Shown here: piece by piece, positions 46,916 through 56,754 of the stretch
Position numbering within the stretch: the first letter of the stretch is position 1
Layout of the letters: the number at the start of each line of letters is the position of its first letter
NCBI GenBank assembly: GCA_017451485.1
Contig: JAFTOG010000020.1
Span: 13,498-77,497, forward strand
Source: Clostridia bacterium
Lineage (GTDB): Bacteria; Bacillota; Clostridia; Oscillospirales; CAG-272
Length of the DNA: 64,000 bases
Reading direction: 5' to 3'
Position numbers and translations under genes: made by a program
The notes under the pieces: generated by a model
Database searches by the model: none
The model's input: only the letters and a program-made list of their open reading frames with translations
Told to the model about the DNA's origin: nothing

Positions 46916-48178
46916 ATGTTTTCTGAAAAGATACTTAAAATAGCTAATGAGGCTGAGATAGCCCTTAAGCCTATTTTTGAAAAAATAGATAAAATTTCCT
47001 TCGATAATACAGCAAGGGTTCTTTGTGCATTCAGAGAGAACAGAGTAGCAGAATCAATGTTTGCAGGTACAACAGGCTACGGATATGACGATGTGGGAAG
47101 AGATACTCTTGATAAAATTTATGCAGAGGTTATGGGGGCAGAGAGTGGATTTGTACGCCATTCTATTGTAAACGGCACACAGGCACTTACAATAGGTCTG
47201 TTCGGACTTTTGCGTCCCGGAGATGTTATGCTTTCCGTAACTAACCGACCCTATGATACTCTTTGTGAGGTTGTGGGAATTGAGGGACAGTCAGGAAACT
47301 GCTCTCTTAAGGATTTTGGCGTTCAGTATGAGCAGGTAAATTTCAAAAACAAAACGGAAATAGACTTTGACGGGATCGAAGCAAAGCTTAATGAATTCGG
47401 AAAGCGTGTAAAGGTAGTATTTATTCAGCGTTCAAAGGGATACCTTGACCGTCCTACCCTTACCGTTGACCAAATAGGAGAGATAGCAAAATTTGTTCAT
47501 AGCCGTTCAGAGGCGTATGTAGTGGTTGATAACTGCTACGGCGAGTTTACAGAGGACAAGGAGCCCTGTGCCGTTGGCGCAGATATGGCAATAGGCTCTC
47601 TTATAAAAAATCCGGGTGGGGGAATTGCCGAGAGTGGTGGATACATAGTAGGAACAGAAAGAGCAGTAGAGCTTGCATCCTACCGTCTCACATCCGTTGG
47701 CACAGGCACAGAGGTTGGCGCATCTCTCGGCCAGAACAGAAATATGTTTAAGGGCTTCTTTATGGCTCCGCACATAGTTGCCCAGGCACAAAAGACAGCT
47801 CACTTTGCCGCATATATGCTTGAAAAATTAGGCTTTGATGTAAGCCCAAAATATGACGAGATGAGATCCGATATAATCCAGACGGTAAAATTCGGCTATC
47901 CCGACGGGCTTGTAAAATTCTGTCAGGGTATACAGAGTGCAAGTCCTGTTGATTCCTATGTCGTTCCCGTTCCTTGGGCGATGCCGGGCTATAACGATGA
48001 GGTTATAATGGCGGCAGGAGCCTTCACACAGGGCTCATCCATTGAGATTTCTGCCGACGGGCCGCTTCGTGAGCCTTATATCGCTTTCTTTCAGGGATCT
48101 CTTACCTATGAGAGTGGCAAGATTGCAATAATGACAGCGGCAGAAAAGCTGCTCGATAAATCCAATGCTCAATATTAA
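46916..48178 (+). CDS. methionine gamma-lyase-family PLP protein (YnbB / aluminium-resistance-protein family)
   Basis: 420 aa. TGYGYDDVGRD N-terminal signature of this family. Confidence 0.75.
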   Translation: MFSEKILKIANEAEIALKPIFEKIDKISFDNTARVLCAFRENRVAESMFAGTTGYGYDDVGRDTLDKIYAEVMGAESGFVRHSIVNGTQALTIGLFGLLRPGDVMLSVTNRPYDTLCEVVGIEGQSGNCSLKDFGVQYEQVNFKNKTEIDFDGIEAKLNEFGKRVKVVFIQRSKGYLDRPTLTVDQIGEIAKFVHSRSEAYVVVDNCYGEFTEDKEPCAVGADMAIGSLIKNPGGGIAESGGYIVGTERAVELASYRLTSVGTGTEVGASLGQNRNMFKGFFMAPHIVAQAQKTAHFAAYMLEKLGFDVSPKYDEMRSDIIQTVKFGYPDGLVKFCQGIQSASPVDSYVVPVPWAMPGYNDEVIMAAGAFTQGSSIEISADGPLREPYIAFFQGSLTYESGKIAIMTAAEKLLDKSNAQY

Positions 48179-48647
48179 GATAATCGCCACAGGCGAATTT
48201 AAGGAAAATTATCTTAAGGAGGCTGCATCAGAGTACAAAAAACGCCTTGGTGCATGGTGTAGGGTTGAGGAGTATATATTCCGTGAGGAAAAGCTACCCG
48301 AAAACCCGTCGCAAAGCCAGATAGCCGATGCCCTTAAGACAGAGGAAAAAATAATCCTCTCAAAGATTCCGAATAAAGCGTATGTAATAGCTATGTGCGT
48401 GGAGGGTAAGCAGCTCTCCTCCGAGGAGCTGGCAGCCAGAATAGATCAGGCTCAGCTTTCGGGCAAAAGCGATATAGTCTTTATTATCGGCTCATCCTAC
48501 GGCCTTTCCGACGGTGTTAAGCAAAGGGCAGATTTCCGTTTGTCCGTATCTAAGCTTACATTCCCTCACAGGCTGTTAAGAGTTATGCTTTATGAGGCAA
48601 TTTACCGTTCTGTGTCTATACTGAACGGCTCTAAATATCATAAGTAG
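48165..48647 (+). CDS. rlmH: 23S rRNA (pseudouridine1915-N3)-methyltransferase
   Basis: 160 aa SPOUT protein. [10 protein letters not shown] and LTFPHRL motifs. Confidence 0.88.
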   Translation: MLNIKIIATGEFKENYLKEAASEYKKRLGAWCRVEEYIFREEKLPENPSQSQIADALKTEEKIILSKIPNKAYVIAMCVEGKQLSSEELAARIDQAQLSGKSDIVFIIGSSYGLSDGVKQRADFRLSVSKLTFPHRLLRVMLYEAIYRSVSILNGSKYHK

Positions 48648-48661
48648 GAGGTACAGATACT

Positions 48662-50542
48662 ATGCATAAAACAGGCGTTGCCGTAATTGGTGCAGGTCAT
48701 GCCGGAGTAGAGGCTGCCCTTGCCTGTGCAAGAATGGGCATTGATACAATTCTTTTCACCATGTCCTTGGATGCCATTGCAAATATGCCCTGCAATCCGT
48801 CAATCGGTGGCACAGCAAAGGGACATCTGGTATATGAGATAGATGCCCTCGGTGGACAGATGGGTATTTGTGCCGATATGGTTACCCTCCAGGCAAGGAC
48901 ACTCAATCTTGGTAAGGGTGCAGCAGTGTATTCAAAAAGAATACAGGCAGATAGAATGAAATACCGTTCTATTGTAAAAGGCGTGCTGGAGAGTACACCG
49001 AATCTTCGTATCGTACAGGCTGAAATAACCGACATAGAAACAGTAGAGGAAAACGGTATAAAGAGAATAAGCAAGGTTAAAACCAGATTAGATGAGGAGT
49101 ATGAAGTACAGGCCGCAATAATCTGCACCGGTACATATCTTAACGGTGTGGTGCATACAGGCTCCGTGTGTTATCCGTCGGGTCCCGATGCCTTGAACAG
49201 TGCACTTTTCTTAACGGATGCACTTAAGCGAGAGGGAATATCAATGATGCGTTTCAAAACAGGCACTCCTTCCCGTATTCACGCAGATACAATAGATTAT
49301 TCTAAGCTGGAGCTCCAGGAGGGAGATAAGGAGTCATTCCCCTTCTCGTGGAAAACAAATGAGGAGGAATATGCAAAAATTGAGCAAATTCCTTGCTATA
49401 TAGTCTACACAAACGCTAAAACTCATGATATAATAAAAGAAAACATAAAGCGTAGTGCCCTATACTCGGGTAATATACACGGTACAGGTCCACGCTACTG
49501 TCCCTCTATTGAGGATAAAATAGTTCGCTTTGCCGACAAGGAAAGACATCAGCTTTTTGTTGAGCCCATGGGCACGGACACAAAGGAAATATACCTCCAG
49601 GGCTTTTCAACATCTATGCCCATAGATGTACAGGAGAAAATGGTACATTCCCTTGAGGGCTTTGAAAACGCACTGATGATGCGTTATGCGTATGCCATAG
49701 AGTACGATTGCACAGACCCCGAGGAGCTTTTACCCACTCTTGAATACAAGAGGATATCCGGACTTTACGGAGCAGGACAGTTTAACGGCACATCCGGATA
49801 TGAGGAGGCTGCGGCACAGGGTCTTATAGCAGGTATAAACGCTTCTCTTAAAATCAAGGGAGAGGAGCCCCTTGTACTTCCCAGGTCCTCATCCTATATA
49901 GGAACTCTTATTGATGACCGTGTTACAAAGGGCACAAATGAGCCATACAGAATGATGACATCCCGTTCCGAATACAGGCTTTTGCTCCGTCAGGATAATG
50001 CAGATATGCGACTTACCCCCTACGGACGCAGGGTAGGACTTGTATCCGATGAGCAATGGGCATGCTTCACTGCTCGCAAGGATGCAATAGACAAGGAAAT
50101 AGAAAGGATGAAAAAAACAATTATTCGTCCGAGTGAGGAGCTGAGTTCCGTGCTTTTGGAAAACGGAACTACCCCTATTTCCACACCGACACAGCTTTCC
50201 GAGCTTATAAAAAGACCACAGCTTGACCTTGAAAAGCTGGAAAAATTCGACACTCTACGCCCCGTTTTGAAAAAATCCGTTACGTTTGCTGCCCAGACAG
50301 AGATTAAATATGACGGCTATGTAAAAAAGCAGCTTGCAGAGGTTAAGAGGAACGAAAGAACAGAGCAGAGGGTAATACCGGAAGCCATTGATTACACAAA
50401 AATCAAGGGTATAAGGATAGAAGCTATGCAGAAGCTTGAAAAAATACGCCCTATGACCATAGGTCAGGCATCAAGAATAAGTGGAGTAAGCCCCGCTGAT
50501 ATTTCAGTACTGTTAATATATCTTTCAGAAAAAGGAGAATAA
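48662..50542 (+). CDS. mnmG: tRNA uridine 5-carboxymethylaminomethyl modification enzyme MnmG (GidA)
   Basis: 626 aa. [15 protein letters not shown] motif, GTTGTYL-like, RPGYAIEYD-like (RYAYAIEYD). Confidence 0.93.
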   Translation: MHKTGVAVIGAGHAGVEAALACARMGIDTILFTMSLDAIANMPCNPSIGGTAKGHLVYEIDALGGQMGICADMVTLQARTLNLGKGAAVYSKRIQADRMKYRSIVKGVLESTPNLRIVQAEITDIETVEENGIKRISKVKTRLDEEYEVQAAIICTGTYLNGVVHTGSVCYPSGPDALNSALFLTDALKREGISMMRFKTGTPSRIHADTIDYSKLELQEGDKESFPFSWKTNEEEYAKIEQIPCYIVYTNAKTHDIIKENIKRSALYSGNIHGTGPRYCPSIEDKIVRFADKERHQLFVEPMGTDTKEIYLQGFSTSMPIDVQEKMVHSLEGFENALMMRYAYAIEYDCTDPEELLPTLEYKRISGLYGAGQFNGTSGYEEAAAQGLIAGINASLKIKGEEPLVLPRSSSYIGTLIDDRVTKGTNEPYRMMTSRSEYRLLLRQDNADMRLTPYGRRVGLVSDEQWACFTARKDAIDKEIERMKKTIIRPSEELSSVLLENGTTPISTPTQLSELIKRPQLDLEKLEKFDTLRPVLKKSVTFAAQTEIKYDGYVKKQLAEVKRNERTEQRVIPEAIDYTKIKGIRIEAMQKLEKIRPMTIGQASRISGVSPADISVLLIYLSEKGE

Positions 50543-50545
50543 ATT

Positions 50546-51760
50546 ATGAGCATTGTAAATGTTAAAGACTACGGTATTCTTGGCGATGGTGCCACACTTG
50601 AAACAAAGGCTATCCAGAAGGTGATAAACGAGGCAAAGGATGGCGACATCCTTGTATTTCCTAAGGGATACTATGTTACAGGAACTCTTGCACTCCGTTC
50701 CAATATTACTATCCGTCTTGAAAAGGGTGCTGAGCTTGTAGGCTCAAGAAATATGGAACACTACTATAACTGTGGCTTTTATCACAATGAGATGAAGGAA
50801 ACAATTTCCCTGATATATGCTCTTGACTGTGAGAATATCACCTTTGAGGGTGAGGGCAAGATTCAGCTGAGTGGTGATGCATTCGTTGATTTTGATACAT
50901 ATCTTCCCAAGGAGCTTGAGGGTGTGGAGATGACAAAGGAATACTGTGAGCAGATGGTTATAGCCGTTGTTAAGCGTCCCACACAGCCCATATTCTTCAA
51001 TAATTGCAAGAACATTAAGATTACAGGTATCAAGGTTTTCAACTCTCCCTGCTGGACAATGGTATTCTCCAACTGTGAGAATATTGAGATTTCCGATATC
51101 TATGTGGATAACCATAACAGGATCCCCAATAATGACGGTGTTCATTTTTCGGCTTCGAGAAATATAGTAGTTAAAAACTCTACATTCCTCTGCGGAGACG
51201 ACTGCTTTGCCGCAACATGTATCACAAACTGGGACGGTATTTGTGAGAATATGGAGATTTCCGACTGTCTTATGTCCTCCCGTTCTGCTGCAATCCGCTT
51301 TGGACATCTTGAGAGCAAGGTTAGAAATATCGTGGTTAAAAATATAAAAATCATCCACTCCAACCGAGCTTTAGCAGTTTTCTGTGGCGATAACGGATAT
51401 GTAAGAAATGCAAAATTTGAGAATATCGAAGCAGATACAAAGATTTATGCAGGCTACTGGTGGGGTAAGGGAGAGCCCATTGTTGTTTGTGGTGCAGATG
51501 TAAACGGTGAGATTTCCGATGTTGAATTTAAGGATTGCAAATTCGTTCACGAAAATCCTGCACTTTTTGTAGGAAATAAGGGCAATGTTAAGAATGTTAC
51601 TCTTACAAACTGTGTGTTTAAGCAGGAGGACGGCTCCACAACCGATTATTACAAGAATAAGATGGACCTTCAGCCCAATATCCCCGACCTTATTCCCACG
51701 GTGTTTGATAAAAATGAAAGCGTATATGTTAAGGAAGTAGACGGCTTTAAGGTTCAGTAA
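50546..51760 (+). CDS. glycoside hydrolase family 28 (polygalacturonase-like, right-handed beta-helix)
   Basis: VKDYGILGDG N-terminus. NDGVHF, GDDCFA, RFGH catalytic-region motifs. Confidence 0.8.
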   Translation: MSIVNVKDYGILGDGATLETKAIQKVINEAKDGDILVFPKGYYVTGTLALRSNITIRLEKGAELVGSRNMEHYYNCGFYHNEMKETISLIYALDCENITFEGEGKIQLSGDAFVDFDTYLPKELEGVEMTKEYCEQMVIAVVKRPTQPIFFNNCKNIKITGIKVFNSPCWTMVFSNCENIEISDIYVDNHNRIPNNDGVHFSASRNIVVKNSTFLCGDDCFAATCITNWDGICENMEISDCLMSSRSAAIRFGHLESKVRNIVVKNIKIIHSNRALAVFCGDNGYVRNAKFENIEADTKIYAGYWWGKGEPIVVCGADVNGEISDVEFKDCKFVHENPALFVGNKGNVKNVTLTNCVFKQEDGSTTDYYKNKMDLQPNIPDLIPTVFDKNESVYVKEVDGFKVQ

Positions 51761-51791
51761 AACAAACACACTGATTTTACATAAAAAACAT

Positions 51792-51820
51792 AAACGGTAG
51801 CGATTTTTCGCTACCGTTTT
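51792..51820. terminator. terminator between convergent genes
   Basis: aaacggtagcg attttt cgctaccgttt. Confidence 0.75.
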
Positions 51821-51884
51821 GCATTATTTACACCAAAAAGCCTTCGTTTTCAGATATAGTGTGGGAGCATCCGTAAAATGCCCC

Positions 51885-52439
51885 TTATTTCTTTTCACAG
51901 ATGAAAAAGTATGGGGAGGTGGGAGAGTTTACTATTTGAAATTTTGATACACTCATTTCATGTCTGTCTATTGTCTCAAGATATTCAAGTAGCAGCTTAC
52001 CCTCAATCTCTCCCTCTGCATGACCTGGATATACAGCAATTAAGAGTATTCCGTCACTGTCCAGTATGTCGAGAGCATCCTTAACAGCAGGTAAAGTGGT
52101 TTCTCGCTTGGTGGTAAGGGCTTTGTTGTTGCTACCGGGAAGATATCCGAGATTGAACATTCCTGCTTTAATTTTTTTGTCAATATATTTTTTTAAGTTG
52201 TGGTGGGAGTCGTGGATAAGGGTGTAGTTTTCATACCGACCCTCAGTCTCAAGCCTCTTTCTTGTACTTGCAAGAGCTCCTTCCTGAATGTCAAATGCAT
52301 ACACATGGCCATTGCTCTTTACCGTATTTGATAAAAAAAGTGTATCGTGGCCGTTACCCATGGTAAAGTCGGCACATACATCTCCCTCCTTCAGATGAGA
52401 GAGAATAAAGGATTTTTGTAAGGTAAGTAAATCTGTCAT
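51885..52439 (-). CDS. class I SAM-dependent methyltransferase, YtqB/MnmM (PF06962) family
   Basis: DFTMGNGHDTLFL, VYAFDIQ, FNLGYLPG, YPGH motifs. Start at 52439 after ggag. Confidence 0.75.
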   Translation of the reverse strand: MTDLLTLQKSFILSHLKEGDVCADFTMGNGHDTLFLSNTVKSNGHVYAFDIQEGALASTRKRLETEGRYENYTLIHDSHHNLKKYIDKKIKAGMFNLGYLPGSNNKALTTKRETTLPAVKDALDILDSDGILLIAVYPGHAEGEIEGKLLLEYLETIDRHEMSVSKFQIVNSPTSPYFFICEKK

Positions 52440-52529
52440 AATTTCACTCCTGTTTTTACTTATACACAATTATACAACTATTGCGATATCGTGTCAAGTA
52501 AATAAATAACTTAAAATTTTGGTTATTTC

Positions 52530-52558
52530 TTGACAAAGCAGTGCATGAGTGCTAAAAT
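52530..52558 (+). promoter_or_regulatory. sigma-A-type promoter for alaS
   Basis: TTGACA (52530-35), 17 nt, TAAAAT (52553-58). Confidence 0.6.
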
Positions 52559-52615
52559 ATATCTGTTATAATTTTAGTTTATATTATTTTATCTTTTTGA
52601 AAGGATATTCCAGCT

Positions 52616-55231
52616 ATGAAATGGACATCACTTAACGATTTAAGAGAATCATATCTCTCATTCTTTGAATCCAAGGGACACCTTCGCTTACCCAGCTTCT
52701 CCCTTGTACCCAATAACGATAAATCCCTGCTTCTTATAAATTCAGGTATGGCACCTATGAAGAAGTTTTTTACAGGGGAGGTTGTTCCTCCCAGAAGCAG
52801 AGTTACCACCTGCCAGAAGTGTATCCGTACACCCGACCTTGAAAGAGTAGGTCATACAGCTCGTCACGGTACATTTTTCGAGATGCTTGGTAACTTCAGC
52901 TTCGGCGACTACTTTAAGGTTGAGGCTATTGAATGGAGCTGGGAATTCCTTACTAAGACTCTTGAAATTCCTGAGAATCTTCTGTGGCCCTCTATTTACG
53001 AAAACGACGAGGAGGCGTACGATATCTGGGTAAACCATATCGGCGTTGACCCTTGCCATGTTGTTCGTATGGGTAAGGCAGATAACTTCTGGGAGCACGG
53101 TCAGGGTCCCTGTGGTCCCTGCTCCGAAATATACTTTGACCGTGGAGAAAAATACGGATGTGGCTCTCCCGACTGTAAGCCCGGATGCGATTGCGACAGA
53201 TATATGGAGATCTGGAACAATGTATTCTCACAGTTTAATAATGACGGTAGTGGTAATTATACCGAGCTTGCACAGAAGAATATTGATACTGGTATGGGAC
53301 TTGAGAGACTTGCTTGTGTAATGCAGGGCGTTGACAATATGTTCGAGGTTGATTCCGTACGCAGACTTATTGATAAGGTTTGTGAAATTGCAGGCAAGAG
53401 CTACGGTAATGACGCAGATAATGATATTTCCATTCGAGTTGTTACTGACCATACAAGAAGTGCAATGTTTATGATAAGCGACGGCGTCATCCCCTCCAAC
53501 GAGGGCAGGGGCTATGTTCTCCGTAGAATTATCCGTCGTGCATGCCGTCACGGTAAGCTTCTTGGCATCAACCACCCCTTCCTTACCGATATGTGCGATG
53601 TGGCTATTGATGAGAGCTGTGGTGCTTATCCCGAGCTTTCCGAAAAGGCAGACTATATTAAGAAGGTTCTTTCTCTTGAGGAGGAAAGATTTGATACAAC
53701 CATCGACCAGGGTCTTTCAATTCTTGATAGCCTTGTAAATAAGGCAAAGGCAGAGGGCAAGGATGTAATTGACGGTGCAGAGGTATTTAAGCTTTACGAC
53801 ACCTTCGGCTTCCCCATCGACCTTACAAGAGAAATTGCTGAGGAAAACGGACTCAGAATTGATGAGGACGGCTTTAAGACTCTTATGGCAGAGCAGAGAC
53901 AGAGAGCCCGTGATGCAAGAGCAGATATAAATGGCTGGGATAAGGAATCCAGTGCTATAAATGTTGAAAAGACAGACTTTAAGGGTTACACCTCCTACGA
54001 GTGCGAGGGTAAGGTTCTTGCTATAATTGTAGACGGTGGAGAGAGTGTTGATGCAGTTTCCGAGGGAGAATGCTCCATTGTCCTTGATGCTACTACCTTC
54101 TATGGTGAGGGTGGTGGTCAGGTAGGTGATAAGGGTACTCTTGAAAACGAGAGTGCACATATCGATGTCCTTGACACAAAGAAGGCAGATGGCGTATACA
54201 TCCATATGTGTAATGTTGTATCCGGCTCTGTAAAGGTTGGAGATACACTTAAGGCAACAGTAGATGCTACACGCCGTCAGGCAATAGCGAGAAACCACTC
54301 TGCCGTACATATGCTCCAGGCAGCTCTTCGTTCTGTACTCGGTAACCATGTAGAGCAGGCAGGCTCCTATGTGGATGAGAATATCGGTAGATTCGACTTT
54401 ACACATTTCGCAGCACTTACATCTGATGAGATTGCTAAAATTGAAAATATAGTAAACGCATATATTTTGAGTGGAGACAGAATAGAGACTGTTGAGACCG
54501 ATGTGGATACAGCCCGTGCAAACGGAGCTATGGCTCTCTTTGGAGAAAAGTACGGCAAGGTTGTCCGTATGGTTAAGATGGGAGATTTCTCCGTTGAGCT
54601 TTGTGGAGGAACACACCTTGATAACTCTGCTAAGGCAGGTATGTTCAAGATAATTTCCGAATCCAGCGTTGCAGCAGGCGTTCGCAGAATTGAAATTACA
54701 ACAGGCTACGGAGTACTTAACCTTCTTGCAAACAGGGATGCACTTATTCTCGATACTGCAAAGGAGCTTAAGTGTCAGAATGTAAACGATATTGCAAAGC
54801 GTGCAACAGCCGTTTCCGACGAGGTTAAGGCACTTAAGAGAGAAATTGACCAGCTCAACTCCAAGCTTGCAGGCTCAAGAGTAGACGAGCTCATAAACGG
54901 AGCAAAGGTTGTAAACGGAATTTCCGTAATTACCGCAGACCTCGGTGATATGAACATTGATGCTGTTCGTTCCCTCGGAGATAGCATAAAGGATAAAAAG
55001 CCCGAGAGTGTGGCTGTATTTGCCATCCATTCCGGCGAAAAGCTTAACTTTGTAGCAGTATGTGGCAAGGCTGCTGTCAGCAAGGGTGCCCACGCAGGTA
55101 ACATTCTTCGTGAGGTAAGTGCAGTAACAGGCGGTAGAGGCGGCGGACGCCCCGACAGTGCAATGAGTGGCGGTAAGGACATCTCCAAAATTGCAGATGC
55201 ACTTGCACTTGTAGAAACACTTATAAAGTAA
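52616..55231 (+). CDS. alaS: alanine--tRNA ligase
   Basis: 871 aa. Class II core motifs (FFEMLGNFSFGDYFK), editing-domain HxxxH (HSAVHMLQ) and CGGTH, C-terminal DHHA1. Confidence 0.95.
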   Translation: MKWTSLNDLRESYLSFFESKGHLRLPSFSLVPNNDKSLLLINSGMAPMKKFFTGEVVPPRSRVTTCQKCIRTPDLERVGHTARHGTFFEMLGNFSFGDYFKVEAIEWSWEFLTKTLEIPENLLWPSIYENDEEAYDIWVNHIGVDPCHVVRMGKADNFWEHGQGPCGPCSEIYFDRGEKYGCGSPDCKPGCDCDRYMEIWNNVFSQFNNDGSGNYTELAQKNIDTGMGLERLACVMQGVDNMFEVDSVRRLIDKVCEIAGKSYGNDADNDISIRVVTDHTRSAMFMISDGVIPSNEGRGYVLRRIIRRACRHGKLLGINHPFLTDMCDVAIDESCGAYPELSEKADYIKKVLSLEEERFDTTIDQGLSILDSLVNKAKAEGKDVIDGAEVFKLYDTFGFPIDLTREIAEENGLRIDEDGFKTLMAEQRQRARDARADINGWDKESSAINVEKTDFKGYTSYECEGKVLAIIVDGGESVDAVSEGECSIVLDATTFYGEGGGQVGDKGTLENESAHIDVLDTKKADGVYIHMCNVVSGSVKVGDTLKATVDATRRQAIARNHSAVHMLQAALRSVLGNHVEQAGSYVDENIGRFDFTHFAALTSDEIAKIENIVNAYILSGDRIETVETDVDTARANGAMALFGEKYGKVVRMVKMGDFSVELCGGTHLDNSAKAGMFKIISESSVAAGVRRIEITTGYGVLNLLANRDALILDTAKELKCQNVNDIAKRATAVSDEVKALKREIDQLNSKLAGSRVDELINGAKVVNGISVITADLGDMNIDAVRSLGDSIKDKKPESVAVFAIHSGEKLNFVAVCGKAAVSKGAHAGNILREVSAVTGGRGGGRPDSAMSGGKDISKIADALALVETLIK

Positions 55232-55240
55232 TTACACATT

Positions 55241-55275
55241 GATTTATCAAGGCGTACTGCCTTGATAAATCTTAT
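55241..55275 (+). terminator. rho-independent terminator after alaS
   Basis: gatttatcaagg cgtactg ccttgataaatc (12-bp stem) followed by a T-rich tract. Confidence 0.75.
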
Positions 55276-55290
55276 TAATAGGGATAAGTA

Positions 55291-55890
55291 ATGAAAAAGT
55301 TATTTTTAGAAATAGGCAAATTTCTTTTATTGACATTACTCTTTGGCCTGATTGCACCAATATTAGATATGACTCCTAATGCTTCAGATGTGTACAAAAG
55401 TGTGGAGCATTGGGTGGTTTGCTTTGCAATTAGCTTAATAGTTCATTTGATAATTTATTATTTTTTGAAGCTAAATCCAAGACGTTATATTATGCTTTGC
55501 GGAAACAGTGTTGTGGTCGGCTTGTTATCATATATTTTACTGATATGGTTTTTTGCTTGTTGTGTATACATTTCAATTATTAGCGTTGAAAATTTAGTGC
55601 TTGCTATTGTAATTTTTGCAGTGAATATAATATTAATTCTGTTTTCCATATATTCTATTGCATTTGGTATTTGTAAAGGAGCAATCATTTACACCAAAAG
55701 GAAAAAGGTGCGAATTTTCAGATTTTTCATTAAAACCTATAATACTGATAAAATAGATGCAGTATCCTTCCAATACGATGGCAAAAAATGCTATGTTAAT
55801 TTCATAGTAGATGGTAAAAATAACATAATATCTGTACCTTCAAAAAATGTAAAAAAGAAGGAATTAAAAATCAAAGAACAAATAAAATAA
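55291..55890 (+). CDS. polytopic membrane protein plus small C-terminal domain, AT-rich gene
   Basis: 199 aa ORF with four hydrophobic segments. Visibly lower GC than flanking genes. Confidence 0.5.
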   Translation: MKKLFLEIGKFLLLTLLFGLIAPILDMTPNASDVYKSVEHWVVCFAISLIVHLIIYYFLKLNPRRYIMLCGNSVVVGLLSYILLIWFFACCVYISIISVENLVLAIVIFAVNIILILFSIYSIAFGICKGAIIYTKRKKVRIFRFFIKTYNTDKIDAVSFQYDGKKCYVNFIVDGKNNIISVPSKNVKKKELKIKEQIK

Positions 55891-55893
55891 AAA

Positions 55894-55920
55894 AGATGCG
55901 ACACAGTGTCGCATCTTTTT
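55894..55920 (+). terminator. rho-independent terminator
   Basis: agatgcgac acagt gtcgcatct followed by tttt. Confidence 0.8.
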
Positions 55921-55941
55921 GCATATAAAAGCCTTCACCTT
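55921..55941. repeat. inverted repeat, left copy (gcatataaaagccttcacctt)
   Basis: About 19 of 21 positions match (allowing a 1-nt indel) the reverse complement of 56687-56707. Confidence 0.65.
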
Positions 55942-56013
55942 GAGGGGAAGGGGTCACCGTAAGGTGACGGATGAGGTGTAGGAAGCTAAGCATTGGTGAA
56001 AAGAATAAATCTT

Positions 56014-56541
56014 TTACGCATCCAAACCTAATTCCATAGATGAATTATAGAAGTCACCACAATTACATTTATCTGTTGTTATGAATGAAAGCTTTCGCCA
56101 AAAATTTGAGCCTGAAATGTTATTATCTTGAACAGATAATTCTATCTTACTAAAATTTAATATTTTCGCAGTAGATATGAAAGCATGTATAATTTTCATA
56201 CCTACTCCCTGCTTGTGAAAAGGTTTATTTACTATAAAAAGTCCAAGATATAAAACGCTATCAATAGGATATCCAAGAAGAATTGATAAAATAGCGACAG
56301 GCTTATCATCTTTTGAAAAACCTATACAAAATACATTTTCGCATGGAAATTCGTCAGGGCAATATGTTATTACATCTTTACAAAGTTCCAAGTCAGCAGG
56401 CTTTCCGTCAGTGATTATGTAATATTCTTCATTTGAATAAAAGACTTCCTCATATTTTGAAAGATTATCCAATGTGATAATTTCAATTTTGTAATCAGGT
56501 AAATAATGCTGCATTTTTTCGCAAAAAATATATCTATCCAT
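56014..56541 (-). CDS. GNAT-family N-acetyltransferase (AT-rich)
   Basis: FIVNKPFHKQGVGMKII acetyl-CoA motif. Start at 56541 preceded by ggagg. The track ORF extends to 56655. Confidence 0.7.
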   Translation of the reverse strand: MDRYIFCEKMQHYLPDYKIEIITLDNLSKYEEVFYSNEEYYIITDGKPADLELCKDVITYCPDEFPCENVFCIGFSKDDKPVAILSILLGYPIDSVLYLGLFIVNKPFHKQGVGMKIIHAFISTAKILNFSKIELSVQDNNISGSNFWRKLSFITTDKCNCGDFYNSSMELGLDA

Positions 56542-56686
56542 TTCATTTCCTCCAAGAATAATTTTAATATAATTATACACAAGCAAAACTAAATTTTCAA
56601 TAGTTAAAATTTGATTTGAAAGTTTAGACACCTCATTCGTCTGCTTCACATCCACCTTCTACTACAGGCAAGGCTACGCATTTCTG

Positions 56687-56707
56687 AAAGGTGAAGGCTT
56701 ATTATGC
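56687..56707. repeat. inverted repeat, right copy (aaaggtgaaggcttattatgc)
   Basis: See 55921-55941. Confidence 0.65.
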
Positions 56708-56720
56708 ATTGTAGCGATAA

Positions 56721-56754
56721 AACAAAAGAAGGAAGCCACTATTTTGTGGCTTCC
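56721..56754 (-). terminator. rho-independent terminator of ptsI, overlapping its last codons
   Basis: ggaagccac tatttt gtggcttcc (9-bp stem). On the minus strand it is followed by ttcttttgtt. Confidence 0.75.

Noticed and set aside
52559-52615. A possible T-box or other riboswitch upstream of alaS.
   Set aside because: The leader between the predicted -10 box and the ATG is only ~55 nt. It lacks the T-box consensus, which is clearly present upstream of serS at 62790-63000.
53717-54616. 299-aa ORF antisense to alaS. Similar long antisense ORFs lie at 21952-22578, 50744-51358, 13117-13752, 45173-45769, 43073-43678, 29563-30147 and 63183-63722.
   Set aside because: Each lies entirely within a confidently identified gene on the opposite strand, has low-complexity or Cys/Ile/Leu-biased composition, and lacks an RBS. 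These are typical shadow ORFs.
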